64,000 nucleotides of DNA from Alphaproteobacteria bacterium (lineage in GTDB: Bacteria; Pseudomonadota; Alphaproteobacteria; SHVV01), in the NCBI GenBank assembly GCA_965261735.1, contig OZ253470.1, positions 2,240,001-2,304,000 on the forward strand, in the 5' to 3' direction. How positions within the stretch are numbered: the stretch's first letter is position 1; every line of letters starts with the position of its first letter. Both the position numbers and the translations under genes were made by a program. This document shows, piece after piece, positions 10,235 to 21,615 of this stretch. The notes beneath the pieces are model-generated. The model had not been told where the DNA came from. It searched no databases and worked only from the letters and a program-made list of their open reading frames with translations.

Positions 10235-11104
10235 ATGACGGGCGATACCGCCTTTGAGGAGATCAATGAAGCCAAAGCCAACATGGACTCGATCTACAAT
10301 CAGTCCGACCCAAGGGCTTACTTCCGGGAACTGAAAAAACTCGGCTACGCAATACCCGGCAGCGCCAAGCCCATCTTCCAGAAACTGATCCACCACTTGC
10401 GGCGACGCTGCGACGACACGGTCCACTTGCTGGATCTGGGTTGTTCCTACGGCATCAATGCCGCGCTCCTCAAACATGACCTTTCAATGGAGGAGCTGTA
10501 CGAACATTGGGGCCAGGAGGAGCTGACGGGCGCCGCGCCCGAGGAGGTCATTGCGTACAACCACAATTTCTTTGCCGATCTTGACGAACCTAAGGACATC
10601 GAGGTGATCGGGCTCGACTTGGCCGAAAACGCCATCGCATTTGCCGAAAAGGTCGGCCTGTTGGATGAGGGTCTCGCCGTGAACCTCGAGACCGAGCCGC
10701 TTTCAGCGTTGGCGAAGGAAGATCTGGCGTCGGTCGATTTGGTGACATCGACGGGGTGCGTGGGCTATGTGACCGAGAGGAGTTTCGACCGCTTGTTGCC
10801 GGCGGTGACGCGAGGTCGGCCGCCGTGGATAGCCAATTTCGTGCTGCGGTTGTTTCCCTTCGACGCGATCGAGGAGACCCTGAACAAATGGGGCTACGTG
10901 ACCGAAAAGCTCGATGGCCAAACCTTCTTTCAGCGTCGGTTCGCCTCAGCCGATGAGCAGGAGCAAGTGCTCGAACGGCTGCGCGGCCGAGGTATCGACC
11001 CGACCGGCGCCGAGGCCGAGGGCCATCTTCTCGCCGAGTTCTACCTGTCCCGCCCGATGAGGGATGCAGCTGAGATGCCGATCGAGCGCCTGCTCTTAGC
11101 TTGA
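10235..11104 (+). CDS. Class I SAM-dependent methyltransferase-like protein
   Basis: LLDLGCSYGIN motif I, VIGLDLA and STGCVGY. Confidence 0.75.
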   Translation: MTGDTAFEEINEAKANMDSIYNQSDPRAYFRELKKLGYAIPGSAKPIFQKLIHHLRRRCDDTVHLLDLGCSYGINAALLKHDLSMEELYEHWGQEELTGAAPEEVIAYNHNFFADLDEPKDIEVIGLDLAENAIAFAEKVGLLDEGLAVNLETEPLSALAKEDLASVDLVTSTGCVGYVTERSFDRLLPAVTRGRPPWIANFVLRLFPFDAIEETLNKWGYVTEKLDGQTFFQRRFASADEQEQVLERLRGRGIDPTGAEAEGHLLAEFYLSRPMRDAAEMPIERLLLA

Positions 11105-11457
11105 GCTCGTTGTTCGGCTGTTGGCGGACATCGAGAGCCGCGGCGCCTTCTTGCGAAGGGCCGGAGAACCGGCTAGAAATGACGGTGCAAGAGATTTGCC
11201 GGCGCGCCCCAGGGGATGCGCGGGCGTAGCGGTGCCTAACATCCCGTCATGCGTTTCTATTGCACGAGCGTCTTGCCTCTTTTGCAATTGCACATCCAAG
11301 CCGCCAGCGAGTAAACCCGCAAGCCAAGGGCCACGCTGGGTTTTCCAACCAATCAGGCGGCGAGGCCTGGAAGGTCCGTCATCGTATCGTAATCGGCTGA
11401 TTTCCATAGCGTGTCTATGCGTGGCGTGTCCGATCCTGATTCACGGTCATCCTCCGT

Positions 11458-11745
11458 CTACGTCTTCTGATCTGCATTCAGCGAATCCTTGAGCGTCGTG
11501 CCAGCCTTAAAGGACGGAGACTTCGACGCCGATATCGAAACGGGCTCGCCGGTCCTTGGATTGCGGCCGGTACGGGCCGGTCGGCTCCTGGTGCCGAAGC
11601 TCCCGAAGCCGGCGATCCGCACCTCCTCGCCGTTTGCCAGCGCCTCGCCGATCGTCTCGAACACACTGTCCACTGCGACCCTCGCAGCGGCCTTGTTCAG
11701 GCCGGTCCGGGCAGCCAGACGATCGGCCATTTGCCCCTTGTTCAT
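11458..11745 (-). CDS. hup: HU family DNA-binding protein
   Basis: MNK..., GEEVRIAGFGSF, ARTGRNPRTGE and PSFKAG. Confidence 0.93.
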   Translation of the reverse strand: MNKGQMADRLAARTGLNKAAARVAVDSVFETIGEALANGEEVRIAGFGSFGTRSRPARTGRNPRTGEPVSISASKSPSFKAGTTLKDSLNADQKT

Positions 11746-11882
11746 GCTCTTCTCTCCGTCGCCCCGCGGCGCCACCCCGCGATACTCGGCCAGCCGCTTC
11801 ACACAATCGACTACCACGAATTGCCACAGGTCGCGACGCCCGGCGGATCTCGGTTTGCTGTCCCCTCATTGCCGATCCACGA

Positions 11883-12587
11883 TCAGTTTGCACCGCAGCA
11901 GCGCTTGTATTTTCGGCCCGAGCCGCATGGGCAGGGCTCGTTTCGGCCCACCTTGCGGCCGAATGCCGGCGGATCGTCATGGACAGATGGGGCATGGAAC
12001 CCGGCGCCGCCCCTGCCGTGCTTCCCGATTTGCCGGGACTTGGTCCAGGCGTTCAGATTGTGGACGAACTCCGGGATCATTCCGGGCGCAAGCCGGTCGA
12101 GCTCGTCCTCGGCCTCTTCCGTCAACTCCGAGCGGCCGTAATAGAAATCGTTCAGCGCAACGATCATGCTGATCGATGCCGACGCCTCCTCGTCGTCGCT
12201 CAGCGCGATCTCCTCCCACGCATCCGGACGCAGCCGCATGGCCCGTTCGAAGCCGTCGATCCAGGGTTCCCACAAGGTCTCGCCACCGTTGGGGTCGATC
12301 TCAAGGACCGGTGCGTAATCCTCCGGATGCTCCGCCAGTTCCCGGGCGATCCGGTTGTAGTGCCCCATCACCGCGGCAATCGTCGCCTCGGCCTCGTCGA
12401 CATCCCCGAATTCGTGTTCTCCGCCCCAGACCCCCGGCAGCCATTCCGAGGGCGGGATCATCTCCGGGCAGACGATCAGGGCGGCGACATAGCCATCCAG
12501 CTCCGCGATCGTCATGCCGTCGCGTTCGGCGGGAATGGCGCTCAGAAGATCATGCAGCCGGTCGAGGTCCGGGTCCGTGTCGCTCAT
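11883..12587 (-). CDS. UPF0149/YecA-family protein with C-terminal SEC-C motif
   Basis: [20 protein letters not shown] and [21 protein letters not shown]. Confidence 0.9.
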   Translation of the reverse strand: MSDTDPDLDRLHDLLSAIPAERDGMTIAELDGYVAALIVCPEMIPPSEWLPGVWGGEHEFGDVDEAEATIAAVMGHYNRIARELAEHPEDYAPVLEIDPNGGETLWEPWIDGFERAMRLRPDAWEEIALSDDEEASASISMIVALNDFYYGRSELTEEAEDELDRLAPGMIPEFVHNLNAWTKSRQIGKHGRGGAGFHAPSVHDDPPAFGRKVGRNEPCPCGSGRKYKRCCGAN

Positions 12588-12597
12588 GGTCCGGCAG

Positions 12598-14876
12598 TTA
12601 TCCGTATGGCATCGCGCCGGTCAACGTCGATCTCTGCCGGGCCCCGGCAGCGGCGGATATGCCGGATTCCGCACCGCCCGTCGGACCGTCCAGCCACTCG
12701 TCCAGCTTCGACCAGCGCCGGCGTCCCGAGGCGTTGCGCACCGCGATGGCGACCGCCTTCTTCTGGCCCACCAGCACCACCAGCCGCTTGCCGCGCGTGA
12801 CCCCGGTGTAGAGCAGGTTCCGCTTCAGCATCGCGTAGTGCTGGGTCAGCACCGGGATCACCACCGCCGGATACTCCGAGCCCTGGCTCTTGTGGACCGT
12901 CGCGGCGTAGGCCGGCACCAGCGTATCCAACTCGCCGAAGCCGTAGAGGAGATCGCGGCCCTCGAACCGCGCGGTCAGCTCGCCGGCGTCTGGATCCACA
13001 TCGGCGACGAGCCCGATGTCGCCGTTGTAGACCTCCTTGTCGTAGTCGTTCTCGATCTGCATCACCTTGTCGCCGGGGGCAAAGGTCCAGCCGAAGCGCT
13101 CGACCTTCCGTTCGCCGGCTGGGTTGAGCGCGGCCTGCAGTTCGATGTTGAGCGAGCGGGCGCGGGCGCCGGCGCCGCCCCGGTTCATCGGGCACAGCAC
13201 CTGGATGTCCTGCATGGCGTCGAAGCCGAAGCGCTGCGGGATACGGGTCTTCACCAGCTCAACGATGCGGGCCGCCGCCGTCTCGGGATCCTCGGCCGGC
13301 ACGAAGTAGAAGTCGCTGTCGCCCTCGGGCCGGGAGAGGTCGGGGATAGCGCCTCGGTTGATACCGTGGGCGGTGGTGACGATCCGGCTTCGCGCCGCCT
13401 GGCGAAACACCTCGGTCAACCGCACCACCGGCACTGCGCCGGAGGCGATGATGTCGGCCAGAACCTGGCCCGGCCCCACCGAGGGCAGTTGGTCGACGTC
13501 GCCCACGATCAGGAGGGCGGCTTCGTCGGGGACCGCCGCCAGCAGCGCCCGCATCAGCATCACGTCCACCATCGACGTCTCGTCGATCACCAGCAGGCCG
13601 CAGTGGAGCGGGTTGTGCGCGTCGCGCCGGAACCCGCCGTTCCTGGGATCGACCTCCAGCAGGCGGTGGATCGTCTTCGCCTCCAACCCGGTGGCCTCGC
13701 TCATCCGCTTGGCCGCGCGCCCGGTCGGCGCGCACAGCAGGATATCGACGCCCTTGGCGGACAGGATGCGCAGGATCGAGTTGACGATCGTCGTCTTGCC
13801 GACGCCCGGTCCGCCGGTGATGACGGAGACCTTCGAGGAGAGCGCCGCGCGTACCGCGTCGGCCTGGCCGGGCGCCAGGGCGAGCCCGGTCTTGCCCTCC
13901 ACCCAGGGCAGGGCCTTGCTCGGGTCGATGTCGGGCCATGGGAGATTGCCGGCCGCAATCCCCAGAAGACGCCCGGCGATCGCGCGTTCGGCCCGGTGCA
14001 GGCCGCCGAGGAATATGGAGGGGATCTCCACCACCGTGTCGGCAACCACCGTGCCTTCGGCCAGCTCCAGGTCCAGCGCGGCGCGGATCAGCTCGCCGAA
14101 CCTCCAGGAGTTTGGCCGCGAGCGGTCCGAGCTCTTCTTCCGGCAGGCCGCAATGACCCTCGTCCATCGCTTCTGTCAGCGCGTAGCCGATGCCCGCGCG
14201 GACCCGGACCATGGCCGTCTTCGCGAAGCCGAGCTTCATCGCGATCGCGTCGGCGGTCACGAAACCGATGCCGCGGATGTCGCGCGCGAGGCGGTACGGG
14301 TTCTCCGTCATGACCTCGACCGCATCGGCGCCGTAGGTCCGGGAATATCCGCACCGCCCGCGCCGTGCCGACGCCGTGGCTGTGCAGGAACACCATGATC
14401 TCGCGGATCACCTTCTGCTCGGCCCAGGCATCGGTGATCCGCTTCGCCCGCACCTTCCCGATGCCGGTCACCTTGCGCAGGCGTTCGGGCTCGGCCTCGA
14501 TGACGTCAAACACCTTCTCGCCGAACGCCCGGACCAGCTTGCGGGCATAGACCGGGCCGATGCCCCGGATCGTGCCGGAGCCGAGATACTTCTCGATGCC
14601 CTCGACCGAGGACGGCTCGGAGGTGCGCATGAAGCGCGCCTTTAACTGTTGACCGTGGGTGCGGTCGTTGACCCACTCGCCCGAGGCGGTGATCCACTCC
14701 CCCGGTCCCACCATGGCGGCATGGCCGACCACGGTCACCAGGTCGCGATGCCCCCGCGCCTTCGTCCTCAGGACGCAGAAGCCGTTCTCCGGATTGTGGA
14801 AGGTGACGCGCTCGACCAGACCGGCCAGGACCTCCCGGTCCGAGGACTCTGGATGCTGGCCGGCGCCGGGTTTCAC
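12598..14876 (-). pseudogene. recD2: RecD2-like ATP-dependent DNA helicase, two frameshifts
   Basis: Homology spans three frames (LAGLVERVTFHN; ENPYRLARDIRGIGF; TGGPGVGKTT...HKSQGSEY), with shifts near 14340 and 14098. Confidence 0.88.
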
Positions 14877-15262
14877 GACGTGCCGAGCGCCGGAGCGGTC
14901 AGCAGTTCCTTCACCAGGTCGAACTGCCGTGCAGCACGCTCCGCTGTCGCCTTTCCATCCGCGAAGCCTGGATATTCATCGTCCAGTGCGGCTACTTCCA
15001 TCTCGCGTCGCCGCCGTTCGGTACGCGCAAGATGCGCGGCCATTTCCTCAGGCGTGAACATGCCTCTTACCCTGGATACGAATTGCGGCAGCGCCTGCGC
15101 GAATTCGGGATGTCCCGCCGCCGCCTCGGCGAAATTGAGCAGCTTCTCTCCGACCACGTAGTCGAAAGCCGACTCCACACCGTATCTGAGCTTTATCGTT
15201 TCCGCGGCTTCGCACTGTTCGAGCCAGATGTCATGCCAGCGGCGCTCTGTCATCGACTGCAT
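14873..15262 (-). CDS. Hypothetical protein coupled to recD2
   Basis: 129-aa ORF whose stop overlaps the recD2 GTG start; plausible globular sequence. Confidence 0.7.
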   Translation of the reverse strand: MQSMTERRWHDIWLEQCEAAETIKLRYGVESAFDYVVGEKLLNFAEAAAGHPEFAQALPQFVSRVRGMFTPEEMAAHLARTERRRREMEVAALDDEYPGFADGKATAERAARQFDLVKELLTAPALGTS

Positions 15263-18030
15263 CCCGACCTCTCTCTTCTACAATGACCCTCTACCGCGCC
15301 CATCCGCGCCCATTCGCGGAAGTCCGGTCGGACGCAGGCCGGCGTCCGTCGACACGGCAGTTCAAGCCGCTTCCCATGCCAGCCGCCCGGCGCGCAATCC
15401 CGATCCCGGCGCCCTGCAGACGATATCTTCCTCGCTCCGCCATCCGGGAAACCCGGTCACCCCGGCCCGAACAATGCATCGATATCCTCTTCGGTGAGCG
15501 CCAGGGGGCCTTCACCCGTTCCTTCGAACAATGCGTCCGCGAGGGCCTGCTTGCGGATCTGCATCTTCTGGATTGCCGCCTCGACGGTATCTTCAGCAAT
15601 GAGACGATGTACGAATACTGGCTTGTCCTGGCCGATCCGGTGCGCCCGGTCCATGGCCTGCCGTTCCACCGCCGGGTTCCACCAGGGGTCGTAGACAATG
15701 ACGGTGTCGGCAGCGGTCAGGTTGAGACCCGTGCCGCCCGCCTTCAGGCTGATCAGGAACAGCGGCAGGTTTCCCGACTGGAAGTTCGACACCTGAACGT
15801 CACGGTCCTTCGTGCTGCCGTGCAGCATGGCATAGTCCCAGCCGCGGGCGGCGACGTCGCCTTCGATCAGTCTCAGCATCTTTACGAACTGGGAGAAGAT
15901 CAGGATGTTTCGCCCTTCGGCCACGAGTTCCTCAAGCAACGCGAAGAGGCGCGCCCGCTTGGCGCTCTCGGTCACCTTGCGGGCAGAGTCGAGCCGGACC
16001 AGACGCGGATCGCAGCAGACCTGCCGCAGCTTCAGGAGCGCGTCGAGAATCGTGATGCGGGATGCGGCCAGGCCCCTCGCCGCGATGGCGTCGCGGATCC
16101 GCGCATCCATCGCCGTCCTGATGCTCTCGTAAAGCGCGGCCTGGCCGCCTTCGAGAGGGATGAGCTCGTCGATCACCGTCTTCTCGGGAAGGTCGCGGGC
16201 GACCTGCTCCTTGGTGCGCCGCATCAGGAAGGGCTTGATCCGGGTGGAGAGCAGGCGCTGTCTCGCGCGGTCGCCCCGCTTCTCGATCGGAGTTCGATAG
16301 TCGGCCGTGAAGGATTTTCGGTTTCCGAGCAGGCCGGGGATCAGCCAGTCATAGAGCGACCACAGCTCCCCGAGATTGTTCTCGAGCGGCGTCCCGGTCA
16401 GCGCCAGACGCTGCCGGGCCCGAACGTCCCGGATACGTTTGGAGACGGCCGCAGCCGGGTTCTTGACCGTCTGTGCCTCGTCCAGGATGGCGGTGTCGTA
16501 GTCGTGGCCGAACAACGCTTCATGGTCCCGGTTCAAGAGCGGATAGGTCGTGAGGACGAGATGGTGGTTAGGGATTTCAGAAAAGCGCTGCCGCCGGTCG
16601 GGCCCGTGAAGCACCAGGAGCTTCAGGTCCGGGACGAAACGTGCGGCCTCCCGTTTCCAGTTGCCGACCAGACTTGTCGGCACCACCACGAGGCTCGGGC
16701 GGTCGGTCCTCTCCTCAAGGTGCCGATGGGCGAGCAGGGCGAGCGCCTGCACGGTCTTGCCGAGCCCCATGTCGTCGGCAAGCATGCCGCCGAAGCCGCT
16801 GTCGGAGAGCGCCCTCAGCCAGCCGTAGCCGGCGCGCTGATAGGGACGCAACTCTCCGCGCAGCGCGGCGGGGGCCGGCAGCTCCGGGGCCTCGGAGAGA
16901 GACCGGAGGCGGGCGCCGAGATCGAGCAATTCCCGGCCCCCGGTCCACGGCGCACCGCAGCCCTCCAGGGCTTCGGCCAGTTCGGACAGGCGGCCCGCCT
17001 CGGCCCGATGGAAGCCGAGCAGCCCCTGCGCTTCCAGAAAGGCCTCGGCGAACCGCGCGAACCGTGCCCCGTCAATCGCAAGATACGTCCCGTCCTCGAA
17101 TCGGGCATGGATGACCCTGCCGGCAAGATGCCGGTCGACGTCGAAGCCGTCTTCCAGCTGTCCCCATTCGTTCACGGGCAGGGCGTCGACGATCTGCAGG
17201 ACGATCGGCGAGATGTCGAACGTCTGGCCGTTCGCCTCAAGCGACAGGGCAAGCGAGAACCAGTCGGAGTCCGACGATTCCAGCGCGGTCGAGAACGCGA
17301 CCGGCCCCTCGTAAATGCGGAACGGCCCTGTCTTGTCGATCTCGACGCGCCAGCCCTCGGCGCGGAGCGCGGGAAGCGTCCGCGAGACGAATCCGATGCC
17401 GGCCGCGGCCGCCTCCCCGTCGTCCCCGTCCCGGAGCGGCGGAAAGACGAAATCCGCATCGAGCACCCCGGGCAGCAGCCGGATCTCGTGACGCAGCGCG
17501 CTTGGATCCTCGCCGCCATGGCGCTTCGCCTCCTGCACGAGCGCCTCCCGGAAGCCGGCTTCCCGCACGGGATCGCGCCGGATGACGGCGGGACGGCAGT
17601 CGCCGTCGGCCTGGAGGCCGCCGATCCCGCCGGGCCGCAGCCGCCTCCCGGCACCCTCGTAGGTGATCTCCAGCCGGGCGCAGGGAAAGACGGCCGAAAC
17701 GTCTTTGCCGGGGCCCCTGCGGTATTCGCCAGGCGCGTACAGGGTCACGTTCTGCTCGCAGCCGTAGAGCGTCAGGACCGGTTCGGGCCGCACATCGGTG
17801 CGCTCCTCGACACGTTGCAACCGGGGCACGGGCGCATGCTGGCCGACCCGCGACAGTTTCGCCGTGACCGTCCCGACCGATTCATGCGGCACCGGCGGAG
17901 CGGAGGCGAACCAGGGTAACGATTCGGTCGTGCCGGGATGGGGGGCGTGTTCGTCATGATCCTCCACGTAATGGGGTAACCCTCAACAACTCACTGGTAA
18001 CGAGATTCGTCATGCCCTATCGTCAAGCGC

Positions 18031-20274
18031 ATGGTGGCTCGCGACGAGGATTTTGACGCGGCGCTGACGCTGGCCCAGGAGAGCGACGGGACTTGGTCGC
18101 CCTCTGAGGCCGTGCCGTCGCGCGAGCCGCGCGACTGGCGCCCGCGGTTTGAGCAGGAGCGTGCCCGCGCCGACCGGGACCGGGAGCGGGCAGACGCGGC
18201 GGAGGCGCGCCTTTCGAAAGCCGCTGTCGAGTCGGCGAAGCGCCGTAAGGTCGTCTCGCCGTCCGGGCAGGTGAGCCGACTGCAAAAGGAGAACGCTCGG
18301 CTGTCCAGGGAGGCCGCTCGGCTGGACAAGCGGCTGGCCCTCGAATCGCAGTCGTCGGAGAGCCACAAGGAGACCATTAGGTCACAGAACCGCGAGATCA
18401 TTCGTCTCGTTGCGGAGTTGAGGCGATTGCGCGACCAGAAGGATACGGTCAAGCGGCTGTCCGAAGAGGCCTACCGACTGCGCTTTGCCCGGCTGCTGCG
18501 TGCGACCGAGGCGGTGCGGTCGAAGTCGCCGCCCCGCGATACCGCTGAGCTGCGCGCGGCTTTAAGACGATCACGGCGCCAGAAGACAACGATCAGGTCG
18601 CTGAGCAAGGAGAACGCCCGGCTGCACAGGACGGTGCGGAGGTCGGAGACCCGCAAGGAAGCGCTGAAGGGCCGGCTTGCCAAACTTCGCGCAGGGAAGA
18701 CGCTGTCCGACACCGTCGGCGATCTGCGCAAGGCCCTTTCAAGATCGCGGCGCCAGAAGACGACGATCAAGTCGCTGGGCCAGGACAATGCCCGGTTGCA
18801 CAGGGCGGTGCGGAAGTTGGAGACCCGGAAGGCGGCGTTGGAGTCTCAGCTTGCCAGGCTCCGCGCGACCGGGACGACCCTGTCGAAGGCGCTCTTCGGG
18901 CGCCGGAGCGAGCAGCAGGAGAAGCCGCGCTCGGAGCGCAAACGCGGCCAGCAGCGCGGTGCTGCCGGCCATGGACGCACCCAACGGCCCACGATTGAGG
19001 AAAGGACGGAAGAGCACAACCCGTCGCCGGACGAGCGCGTCTGTGCCTGCTGCGGGAAGCCCTACGTGGCGAACGGCGCCGAGGAATCCACCCTCATCGA
19101 GATCGAGGTCCAGGCCCACAAGCGCGTCATCCGCCGTCCGAGGTGGCGCCGGGGCTGCACTTGCGAATCGTCGCCGCGGGAGGTGTCGGCCCCCCCGGTG
19201 CCGCGCCTGTTCGACAATACGCCCTACGGGATCAGCGTGTGGGCGCGCGTGCTCTTTGAGCGCTGTGCCTACTTCCGCCCGCTGAACCGGGTCGCGGCCT
19301 GGCTGTCGGACCAGGGGCTGGCGATCTCACCGGGGACACTGGGCGACAGCGAGAAGCGGTTCGTGCCGATGTTCGAACCGGTGGCCGAAGCGATCCTCGC
19401 GCACCAGAACAAGGCGGCAGTGCGCCACGGGGACGAGACCGGGTGGCGCATCCACTCGCTACGCGAGCAGGGCCGGTCGAGCCGCGCCTGGCTGTGGACC
19501 TCGGTCAGCAACGACGCGGTCTACTTCCACATCGACCCCTCGCGCAGCGCCGAGGTTGCGAAGACGCTGTTCGGCGCCGTCATCGGCATCGTGTTCCTGA
19601 TCTGCGACCGCCTCTCGACCTACAAGAAGATGGCGCGCGAGCTCGACGGCAAGGTGGTTCTGTGCTGGTGCTGGGTCCATCACCGCCGCGACTTCATCCA
19701 CTGCGCTGCCGGCCAGGTGCGCATGACGCAGTGGTGCCAGGCATGGATCGAGCGGATCGCGTCGATTTACCGGCTGAACGAGGCGCGACTGATCCACTAC
19801 GACCCTTGTCGCGACCGGCAGAGAGCGGCCTTCACCGCAGCGCAATCCGAGCTGAAGGCGACGGTCGACGATCTGTTCTCAGGGGCCGAACGGGAACTGG
19901 CCGCCCTGCCGCCGGAGGCGCGCGAGGGCAAGGCGCTGCGCTCTCTGGTGAACCACCGCGAGGGGCTGAGCGTCTTCGTCGACCGGCCTCAGGTGCCGAT
20001 GGATAATAATGCGGCCGAGCGCGCGCTCAGAGGTCCAGTCATAGGAAGACGGCTGTCGTTCGGCTCCGACAGCGAGACCGGCGCGCAGTTCACGGCGCTG
20101 ACGTACTCCGTGCTGGGCACTCTCGCGTTGAACCGCATCGACGTCCTGCGCTGGCTGGAAGCATGGCTGGGCGCGTGCGCGGAGAATGGCGGTCGACCAC
20201 CGGACGACCTGTCGCCCTGGCTGCCATGGTCGATGGACGAGGAACGCAGACGCGTCCTGACGGCGTCAGGATGA
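18031..20274 (+). CDS. tnpC: IS66-family transposase with long coiled-coil N-terminus
   Basis: LFGRRSE, KRGQQRG..GHGR, Zn finger C..CG, HGDETGW, ICDR..TY, CWVHHRR and DNNAAERALR motifs. Confidence 0.9.
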   Translation: MVARDEDFDAALTLAQESDGTWSPSEAVPSREPRDWRPRFEQERARADRDRERADAAEARLSKAAVESAKRRKVVSPSGQVSRLQKENARLSREAARLDKRLALESQSSESHKETIRSQNREIIRLVAELRRLRDQKDTVKRLSEEAYRLRFARLLRATEAVRSKSPPRDTAELRAALRRSRRQKTTIRSLSKENARLHRTVRRSETRKEALKGRLAKLRAGKTLSDTVGDLRKALSRSRRQKTTIKSLGQDNARLHRAVRKLETRKAALESQLARLRATGTTLSKALFGRRSEQQEKPRSERKRGQQRGAAGHGRTQRPTIEERTEEHNPSPDERVCACCGKPYVANGAEESTLIEIEVQAHKRVIRRPRWRRGCTCESSPREVSAPPVPRLFDNTPYGISVWARVLFERCAYFRPLNRVAAWLSDQGLAISPGTLGDSEKRFVPMFEPVAEAILAHQNKAAVRHGDETGWRIHSLREQGRSSRAWLWTSVSNDAVYFHIDPSRSAEVAKTLFGAVIGIVFLICDRLSTYKKMARELDGKVVLCWCWVHHRRDFIHCAAGQVRMTQWCQAWIERIASIYRLNEARLIHYDPCRDRQRAAFTAAQSELKATVDDLFSGAERELAALPPEAREGKALRSLVNHREGLSVFVDRPQVPMDNNAAERALRGPVIGRRLSFGSDSETGAQFTALTYSVLGTLALNRIDVLRWLEAWLGACAENGGRPPDDLSPWLPWSMDEERRRVLTASG

Positions 20275-21152
20275 CCGGCGCCGTCGAGTGCCGCTACTAC
20301 GGACGCGACTTCAGCGCCGAGGAAATGGCGCTGCTGCGCGCGCTGATCGCCGGCCCTCCGCCGCTGAACCGCCACGCCCTGTCGAAGGAGTTCTGCCGGC
20401 GCATCCGCTGGCTCAAGCCCGATGGCGGGCTCAAGGACATGATGGCCAGGGTGACCATGCTGGCCTTGCACAAGGACGGCCTGATCGCGCTGCCGGCGCC
20501 GAAGTGGCGGCAGAACCGGCCAAAGCCGATCGTCTTCGGACCGGAAACCGAGCCGCCGCTGTTCCCGGCGCCATCTACCCTCGACGAGGTCCGTCCGCTC
20601 GACCTGCGGACCGTCGCTCGCGGCACCCAGGAGGGCAAGCTGTGGAACGAGTTCGTCGCCCGCTACCACTATCTCGGCTACAGCACCCTGGTCGGCGCCC
20701 AGATGCGCTACGCCGTCCACGACAGAAACGGCTGGCCGCTCGCCATGCTCGGCTTCTCAACCGCCGCGTGGAAGCTCGCCCCGCGCGACACCTTCATCGG
20801 ATGGACGCCGCAGCTGCGCGAGAAGAACCTACCCCTCGTCGTCGACAACCCGAGGTTCCTCATCCTGCCCTGGATCGAGATCCCCAACCTCGGCTCGCAC
20901 ATCCTCGCCCTAATCCGCCGGCGCCTGCCCGACGACTGGACCGAGCGCTACAACACAACGCCCGTGCTCATCGAGACCTTCGTCGAAACGCCGCGCTACA
21001 CCGGACACGTCTACAAAGCCTCCGGCTGGCTCCGTGTCGGAACTACCCAGGGCCGGGGACGCTACGACCGACACACGAAGCGCGCCCAGCCGAAAAAGGA
21101 CATCTGGCTCCGGCCCCTGAAAAAAGATTGGAAGCGGACACTCAACCGATAA
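20271..21152 (+). CDS. DUF4338 (DruA-like) domain protein
   Basis: YHYLGY..LVGAQMRY, AAWKLAPRD.FIGW, RFLILPW..PNLGS, DW.ERY...PVLIETFV and G..YKASGW..VG.T.GRGR motifs. ATGA overlap with tnpC. Confidence 0.88.
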   Translation: MTGAVECRYYGRDFSAEEMALLRALIAGPPPLNRHALSKEFCRRIRWLKPDGGLKDMMARVTMLALHKDGLIALPAPKWRQNRPKPIVFGPETEPPLFPAPSTLDEVRPLDLRTVARGTQEGKLWNEFVARYHYLGYSTLVGAQMRYAVHDRNGWPLAMLGFSTAAWKLAPRDTFIGWTPQLREKNLPLVVDNPRFLILPWIEIPNLGSHILALIRRRLPDDWTERYNTTPVLIETFVETPRYTGHVYKASGWLRVGTTQGRGRYDRHTKRAQPKKDIWLRPLKKDWKRTLNR

Positions 21153-21615
21153 AATCAGTGGCCTATCCCGGCACGACCGAATCGTTACGAACCAGGACGC
21201 CATCCGGGGCGACAGCGACGTTTCGGCGACACCGGTCTCCCCGGTTGCGGGATCGAGGAAGAACGGTGACGGGAACGGCAGCAGCGTCATGGTGGAACCG
21301 GCGCCGTCGCGCGCCACGATCGACTGCTCGCCGGCCGGGCCGACCTCCCAGGCGAGATCGAGCCTCCGCGGCGGCGACCACGACAGGGCCATGCCCCGGA
21401 TTTCGTGAGCCCGGGCGCGGCCCGTCTCGACGATTTCACGCACGAGGCCGGTCAGCTCTTCGCCGTCCGGCCAGTCGTAGCTCGGCTGAAAGCCGCCATC
21501 GGCAAAGAAGTCGAGCTTCCCGAGGATCGCGGCGTCCTGCACGGTCAGGTTCTTCCGGGCCCAAGACGATCGGCGGTTGAATTCCTGGAAGTTGGAGCCG
21601 ATCGTTTCATCCTTC

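Larger units (their letters stand above)
17916..21188 (+). mobile_element. IS66-family element carrying tnpC plus a DUF4338 gene (3273 bp)
   Basis: Perfect 24-bp IRs GTAACGATTCGGTCGTGCCGGGAT, with 8-bp duplication GAACCAGG at 17908-17915 and 21189-21196. Confidence 0.95.

Noticed and set aside
15283-17919. 878-aa plus-strand ORF and similar long antisense ORFs (1668..3005, 12514..14313, 42628..44202, 55076..56461)
   Set aside because: Shadow frames of real genes in high-GC DNA, with no recognisable motifs.
15457-21152. DUF4338 next to a helicase read as a Druantia system
   Set aside because: The helicase is a SWIM-SNF2 gene disrupted by the element (target duplication present), not DruE. 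No other dru genes are visible.
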